Shown in pieces: positions 7,389 to 11,796 of a stretch of 11,796 nucleotides of DNA. The notes beneath the pieces were generated by a model. That model saw only the letters and a program-made list of their open reading frames with translations. It ran no database searches and was not told the DNA's origin. Location: assembly GCA_044866005.1 (NCBI GenBank), contig JBIOTN010000084.1, positions 1 through 11,796 on the forward strand, written 5' to 3'. Every line of letters begins with the position of its first letter. The first letter of the stretch is position 1. Both the position numbers and the translations under genes were made by a program. The DNA comes from Candidatus Rokuibacteriota bacterium. Lineage in GTDB: Bacteria > Methylomirabilota > Methylomirabilia > Rokubacteriales > DASRDR01.

Positions 7389-8294
7389 TCAGGCCCGGCG
7401 CGCCGCCTGGGCCAGGACCGCCTTGGGCAGCACGATGCGGACGGCCATCACGGGGCGCGGCGAGGTCCCGATCTTGTAGTCGCCCACCAGGGAGACCAGC
7501 ATGTACGCCTCCTCGGCCTGAAGCCGCGTCGCCGCGGCCAGGTAGCGCACGGCCGCGCGCGTGGCGTCGCGGCAGGCCGCCTCCAGGCTCTCGCCCGTCC
7601 CGACCACCTGCACGCTCTCCGCCGTCTCGATCACCGGCCGGTCCAGGCGCGCGGGCCGCTCCACGGTCACGCGGAACGTGACGGTCGCGTCGCACTCGAG
7701 CCCGGTGCCGCACGCGATCCCGTCCCCGATGATGGCGTGGGGGTCGGCGAGGAAGAGGAGCGCGCCCGGCACGAACACGGGCAGGTGGCAGACCGTGCCC
7801 GCCCGCAGCTCGTTCTGGTCCAGGTCGCCGCCGTGCGGCCCGGCGTACCCGAAGTGGTCGAGCACCTCGGGCATGGTGGCCAGCGTGCCGAGCGAGGGAC
7901 GGACCGGGATGCGCAGCTCCCCGAAGTGGATCAGCCCGTCCCGGATCTCGAAGACGCGGATGGCGGGGCCGGGGAATTCCCGGGTGAGCCAGCCGTAGTT
8001 CCGCATCACGGCCGTCAGGCCCTCGCGGCCCACCTCGATGGCGAGCAGCTCCACCCGCAGCGAGTCGCCCGGCTGCGCCCCCTCCACGAAGATGGGGCCC
8101 GTGATCTGGCCGAGCGGGTGGCCCACCGCCTCGTCGGTGAAGGGGGTCGGCAGCCGGCCGGGGTCCCGGATCCCCGAGAACCCCTCGCGCACCTCGACCG
8201 TCAGGACCTCGCCCGGCTTGGTCGTGAACACGGGGCGGGCGTCGGGCGTGACGTCCATCAGGAAGACGCCGGGATTCGGCTTCAACGAGTCCAT
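7389..8294 (-). CDS. Acetamidase/formamidase (FmdA/AmdA) family protein (301 aa)
   Basis: TGPIFVEGAQPGDSLRVEL, HGGDLD, LPVFVPGALL, DPHA..GDG..CGTGLE and EEAYMLVSLVGD. ATG at 8294 with GGAGG/GAAGG SD. Confidence 0.85.
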   Translation of the reverse strand: MDSLKPNPGVFLMDVTPDARPVFTTKPGEVLTVEVREGFSGIRDPGRLPTPFTDEAVGHPLGQITGPIFVEGAQPGDSLRVELLAIEVGREGLTAVMRNYGWLTREFPGPAIRVFEIRDGLIHFGELRIPVRPSLGTLATMPEVLDHFGYAGPHGGDLDQNELRAGTVCHLPVFVPGALLFLADPHAIIGDGIACGTGLECDATVTFRVTVERPARLDRPVIETAESVQVVGTGESLEAACRDATRAAVRYLAAATRLQAEEAYMLVSLVGDYKIGTSPRPVMAVRIVLPKAVLAQAARRA

Positions 8295-8403
8295 ACCTTC
8301 CCCTCCGTCTGCATCCTCGGGAGTCCGGACGCGGCGTCGTACTTGCCGCTGCCGCGGGTCCTGCCGCCGGCTTGCCCCGCGTCCCGGGGCTTCGCCACCC
8401 TCA

Positions 8404-8449
8404 CTCGTCTGCCTTCCGCAATTCCGGCGAATTGCGGAAGGACAGCGAG
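8404..8449. repeat. Intercistronic inverted repeat (13-bp perfect stem)
   Basis: CCTTCCGCAATTC(8412-8424)-CGGC-GAATTGCGGAAGG(8429-8441), extendable with single bulges to 8404/8449. No U-tract on either side. Confidence 0.8.
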
Positions 8450-8550
8450 CAGGGCCCACTCCGCCCCGGTCCGCGGGGCGGCGTCCGGCGTCACCCGCGT
8501 CAGCGGCCGCCCGGCGATGCCGGCGCCACCCGCGGCGGCCGTCGGGTCCG

Positions 8551-9717
8551 CTAGAACTTCTTGATCCGCTGGGCGCCGACCTCCCGGTCCCACTTCTCCA
8601 TGGCGGCCACGAGCGGCTTCGTGGGGAGCTGCGCGACGACCTTGTACCTCTTCTCCATGTCGGTGTACTCGGGCCGCCAGTGCTCGCGCACGAGCTTCTG
8701 GATGTCGGCCGGCGCTCGGTCGAGCGTCGCCGCCTTGATGGAAGGCCCGATGAAGGCCTTCCAGGTGAGCGCCTGCTGATCGGGCCGCCGCATGAACTGC
8801 ATGAGGTCCAGGATCACCTCCTGCTCGGCCGGGGAGATGCCCTTGGGGATCGCCCAGTAGTGCCCGTCGATCACGAACGCGGTGTTCGGCAGGATGAAGA
8901 TCTTCGAGTCCGGCGGGATGGTCCCCTCGGCGCGGGGCTTCATGTCCCACTCCATGATGCCGGCGATGATCCAGCGGGTCCCCTCCGCGAACTCCTTCAG
9001 CGTGACCGCGGTGCCGGTCGGGTAGTACTCGACGTACTCGCCGATCTCCTTGAGGAAGGCCCAGGCCTTGTCCCAGCCCCCGAGCGGGTCCCGGGGGTCC
9101 TTGTCCCCCAGGATGTAGGGCATCCCGGCCAGGATGGAGCGGCCCGGCCCCGAGTTCGCCGGGCGCGCGTACATGAACTTGCCGGGGTTCGCCTTCACCC
9201 AGGCCTTGAGCTCCTCGGCCGACCGGGGCGGGCTCTTCACCCGGCCCGGGTTGTAGATGAACACGGGGCCGCCGTTCGACACGACCGAGGGAAGGAGGTA
9301 GCCCTCCCCCTCGGCCTGGAGCACCCGGGCCGCGTCGGTCAGCTCCTCCTTCGGGAAGCGCTTGTCGTGCTGGGGAAAGAGCTTGACGAGCTGCCCTTGC
9401 TGGACGAGGACCGACCCCGCGTCCTGACCGGTGAGGATCAGGTTGATGTCCACGCGCCCCGCGTCCTGCTGCGCCTTGATCTTCGCCGGCAGCTCGGGCG
9501 CCGGCGCGCGCTGGTATGTGACGTCCTTGACCTTCTGGGGGTTGGCCTTCCGGTAGTTCTCGATGATGTCGCGGACGGAGGAGAGATCGCCCGCGACGTC
9601 GATGACGGAGATGGTGACCGGCGCCTGCGCGGCGCTCCGGTCGACGCCCGTCCAGATCGCCAGCAGGGCTGCGGCGACCACGGGGACGCCGAGTCGCCAG
9701 ACTCTTGGATCTGCCAT
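8551..9717 (-). CDS. ABC transporter extracellular solute-binding protein, PotD/iron/thiamine-like cluster (388 aa)
   Basis: Sec-type signal peptide (MADPRVWRLGVPVVAAALLAIW...RSAAQA), followed by a soluble body with FIYNP...PRSAEEL and YWAIPKG. ATG at 9717 with AAGGAGG SD. Co-oriented with the ATPase and permeases. Confidence 0.88.
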   Translation of the reverse strand: MADPRVWRLGVPVVAAALLAIWTGVDRSAAQAPVTISVIDVAGDLSSVRDIIENYRKANPQKVKDVTYQRAPAPELPAKIKAQQDAGRVDINLILTGQDAGSVLVQQGQLVKLFPQHDKRFPKEELTDAARVLQAEGEGYLLPSVVSNGGPVFIYNPGRVKSPPRSAEELKAWVKANPGKFMYARPANSGPGRSILAGMPYILGDKDPRDPLGGWDKAWAFLKEIGEYVEYYPTGTAVTLKEFAEGTRWIIAGIMEWDMKPRAEGTIPPDSKIFILPNTAFVIDGHYWAIPKGISPAEQEVILDLMQFMRRPDQQALTWKAFIGPSIKAATLDRAPADIQKLVREHWRPEYTDMEKRYKVVAQLPTKPLVAAMEKWDREVGAQRIKKF

Positions 9718-9795
9718 GAGAGACCCTCCTTGACTTTCGCCTTTCCGGAAGTCCTGCCGGGCCGAGACCCGAGCAGCCCTAGGACGCAGGGAGGA

Positions 9796-9834
9796 GGCGC
9801 CCCGAGGCGTATGCCGCATACGTTGAGGGGCGCC
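9796..9834 (+). repeat. Intergenic interrupted palindrome (REP/MITE-like or structured RNA core)
   Basis: GGCGCCCC(9796-9803)/GGGGCGCC(9827-9834) outer stem encloses a CGTATG(9808-9813)/CATACG(9817-9822) inner stem. Confidence 0.7.
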
Positions 9835-9876
9835 GACGACCGAGGACGACGGGATGCGACGGGGATCGGCACGGCG

Positions 9877-10770
9877 CTAGCCTTTCAGCGCGCCGGCCGT
9901 CAAACCGCGGATCAGGTGGCGCTGCAGGAACGTGAAGAGCACGGCCACGGGCAGGGTGCTCAGGATGACCCCGGCCGAGAGCTGCCCCCACTGGATCTCG
10001 TACTGGCCGACCATGTAGAGGAGCCCGGCGGAGAGCGTCCGCATCTCGGTCTGCGACGTGAAGGTGATGGCGAAGAGCAGCTCGCTCCACGAGGAGACGA
10101 ACGCGAAGATCGCCGTCGCCGCCACCCCCGGCGCGGCGAGCGGCAAGACGACCCGCAGGAGCGAGCCGAAGCGGCCGCAGCCGTCGATCATGGCGCTCTC
10201 CTCCAGCTCCCGCGGGATGGACTCGAAGTAGCCGACGAGCATCCAGACCGTGAAGGGCACGGTGAAGGAGAAGTTCGAGTAGATGAGCGCCTGGTAGGTG
10301 TCGATGAGCCCCAGGGCGTGCCACTGGGCGAGGAGGGGCGCGATCAGCAGCACCGCGGGGAACATCTGCGTGGCCAGGAAGACGAGCAGGAAGACGTCCC
10401 GCCCGACGAACCGGAAGCGCGCCAGCGCGTAGCCGGCGAGGATCGAGATCACGGTCGTCGCGACCATGGTGACCGACGAGACCCAGAGGCTGTTGGCGAA
10501 GAACCGGCTGAAGGGCGTGAGCCGTGACGTCCAGGCGTCCACGTAGTTGGCGAGCGTCAGCTGCTGCGGGAGATAGACGAGCGGGGTGGCGTAGAGCTCC
10601 TGCCGGGTCTTGAAGGAGCTGAGGAAGACCCAGACGAAGGGCGCGACCGCGAAGGCCGTCAAGAGGAGGAGCCCGCCCCACAGGACGGGGCCGCCCAGCA
10701 GCCGCTCCGCCAGGTCGCCGGCGCGCCCCCGCCGGCCCATACCCCGTGCGACGGGTCTCGGCCCGGTCAT
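9877..10770 (-). CDS. Carbohydrate ABC transporter permease, MalG-like (297 aa)
   Basis: PFVWVFLSSFK, FANSL, AGYALARFRF and EAA loop FESIPRELEESAMIDG. The ATG at 10770 overlaps the upstream stop (ATGA), which suggests translational coupling. Confidence 0.92.
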   Translation of the reverse strand: MTGPRPVARGMGRRGRAGDLAERLLGGPVLWGGLLLLTAFAVAPFVWVFLSSFKTRQELYATPLVYLPQQLTLANYVDAWTSRLTPFSRFFANSLWVSSVTMVATTVISILAGYALARFRFVGRDVFLLVFLATQMFPAVLLIAPLLAQWHALGLIDTYQALIYSNFSFTVPFTVWMLVGYFESIPRELEESAMIDGCGRFGSLLRVVLPLAAPGVAATAIFAFVSSWSELLFAITFTSQTEMRTLSAGLLYMVGQYEIQWGQLSAGVILSTLPVAVLFTFLQRHLIRGLTAGALKG

Positions 10771-11702
10771 GCGACGCTCTCCACGCCGCGCGTCACCTTG
10801 AGGTAGCCGATCGTGAAGGCCAGCATGATGACGAGCAGCACGACCGACAGGGTCGCGGCGTAGCCGAAGTCGAGGTTCGAATACGCCTGGAGCAGGGTGT
10901 AGGTGGAGGTGATCTGGGTGGCGTTCGCGGGACCGCCGCTGGTCATGACGAAGATGAGGTCCGCGTAGTTGAACGTCCAGATGATCCGCGTCGCGGTGGC
11001 CACCACGATGATGGGGCGGAGGAGCGGGAGCGTGACGTGCCAGAAGCGCTGCGTCACGGTCGCGCCGTCCACGCGGGCGGCCTCGTAGAGCTCGTCGGGG
11101 ATCGCCTGGAGCCCGGCCAGCAACATGATGGCGAAGAAGGGGACGCCCCGCCAGATGTTGGTCACCACGACCGCCGGCATCGCCAGCCACGGATCGGACA
11201 GCCAGGCCACCCGCGTGTGGAGCCAGCCGAGGCGGAAGAGCACGTCGTTGAGGAGCCCGTAGTTGGGCTGGTAGACGTACTCCCAGATCAGCGCGACCAC
11301 GACCCCCGGGATGACCCACGGGAGCAGCACGACCGTCCGGACGAGGGCGCGGCCCGTGAAGGCCTGGTGCAGCAGGAGCGCCGCGGCGAAGCCGCCCAGG
11401 AACTGGAGCGAGACGGAGCCCCCGACCCAGACGGCGGAGTTCCAGAGGCTCAGCCAGAACACGTCGTCGTCGAGCAGCCGCGCGTAGTTGCCGAGGCCGA
11501 TGAACCCGTACTCCTGCGGCCGGATGAGGACGTGCCGGTACAGGCTCATGTGGATCGCCTTGAGGATCGGGAAGACGACGGTGCCGCCCAGGCAGACGGC
11601 GACCGGGACCAGGTAGGCGTAGCTCGCGAGGACCTCTCGGGTCCGGCGCGACAGGAACGGGCGGGCGAGCGCCGGGACAACGGCGGCGTCAGAGTAACGC
11701 AA
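10767..11702 (-). CDS. Carbohydrate ABC transporter permease, MalF/UgpA-like (311 aa)
   Basis: FIGLGNYARLLDD, LLPWVIPGVV and EAA loop LAGLQAIPDELYEAARVDGA, plus MTSGGP. TTG start is uncertain. Confidence 0.92.
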   Translation of the reverse strand: MRYSDAAVVPALARPFLSRRTREVLASYAYLVPVAVCLGGTVVFPILKAIHMSLYRHVLIRPQEYGFIGLGNYARLLDDDVFWLSLWNSAVWVGGSVSLQFLGGFAAALLLHQAFTGRALVRTVVLLPWVIPGVVVALIWEYVYQPNYGLLNDVLFRLGWLHTRVAWLSDPWLAMPAVVVTNIWRGVPFFAIMLLAGLQAIPDELYEAARVDGATVTQRFWHVTLPLLRPIIVVATATRIIWTFNYADLIFVMTSGGPANATQITSTYTLLQAYSNLDFGYAATLSVVLLVIMLAFTIGYLKVTRGVESVA

Positions 11703-11742
11703 GTCGCATCCCGAGTGATTGGCCGCGCGCGCCTCGCCGGAG

Positions 11743-11796
11743 CGCTCCGAGCGCGGGCGTCGCCCGCGCCACCGGGGGGGAGGCTTCGGAGGGGGC
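11743..11796 (-). repeat. REP-like palindromic element, copy 3 (probably truncated by the window end)
   Basis: Minus strand reads C-tract, GCGCGGGC-GAC-GCCCGCGC, TCGGAGCG (stem arms at 11751-11758 and 11762-11769). Inverted relative to copy 1. Confidence 0.75.

Noticed and set aside
7369..7390. CCGTGGGCTC duplicated with a 12-nt period between the amidase and ATPase genes
   Set aside because: Two short copies only. Most likely replication slippage, with no element between them to make it a target-site duplication.
9718..9770. Riboswitch-like GGAAAGGCGAAAG purine stretch upstream of the SBP
   Set aside because: Does not match the architecture of c-di-GMP, TPP, glycine, guanidine or other aptamers I know. 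Only a weak GACTT/AAGTC stem is present.
8038..10527. 829-aa + strand ORF (also 6426..8564 and 5147..6391)
   Set aside because: Antisense shadows of well-supported transporter genes, with Arg/Gly/Pro-rich composition and no recognisable domain.

Overview
GC-rich bacterial window (roughly 70% GC by eye), with coding regions over most of its length. A + strand UbiE/MenG-like SAM methyltransferase converges on ten minus-strand genes. In transcription order these are: two carbohydrate-type ABC permeases; a PotABCD/iron-type ABC importer (SBP, ATPase, two permeases) with an acetamidase/formamidase-family gene inserted after the SBP; sixA; an AHL-lactonase-family metallo-beta-lactamase; and a 618-aa KAS III (FabH-like) enzyme. 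The KAS III enzyme has its own candidate promoter and a ~255-aa N-terminal domain I cannot recognise, which looks internally duplicated. The non-coding DNA is rich in structure. A REP-like hairpin with compensatory stem changes occurs three times, including inverted copies at both window ends. There is also a strand-asymmetric hairpin upstream of the SBP and a perfect 13-bp stem downstream of it. I see no CRISPR array, rRNA, tRNA, transposase or integrase. The gene content and repeat style are reminiscent of Rokubacteria-like soil genomes, but that is an impression only. All alignments were done by hand.
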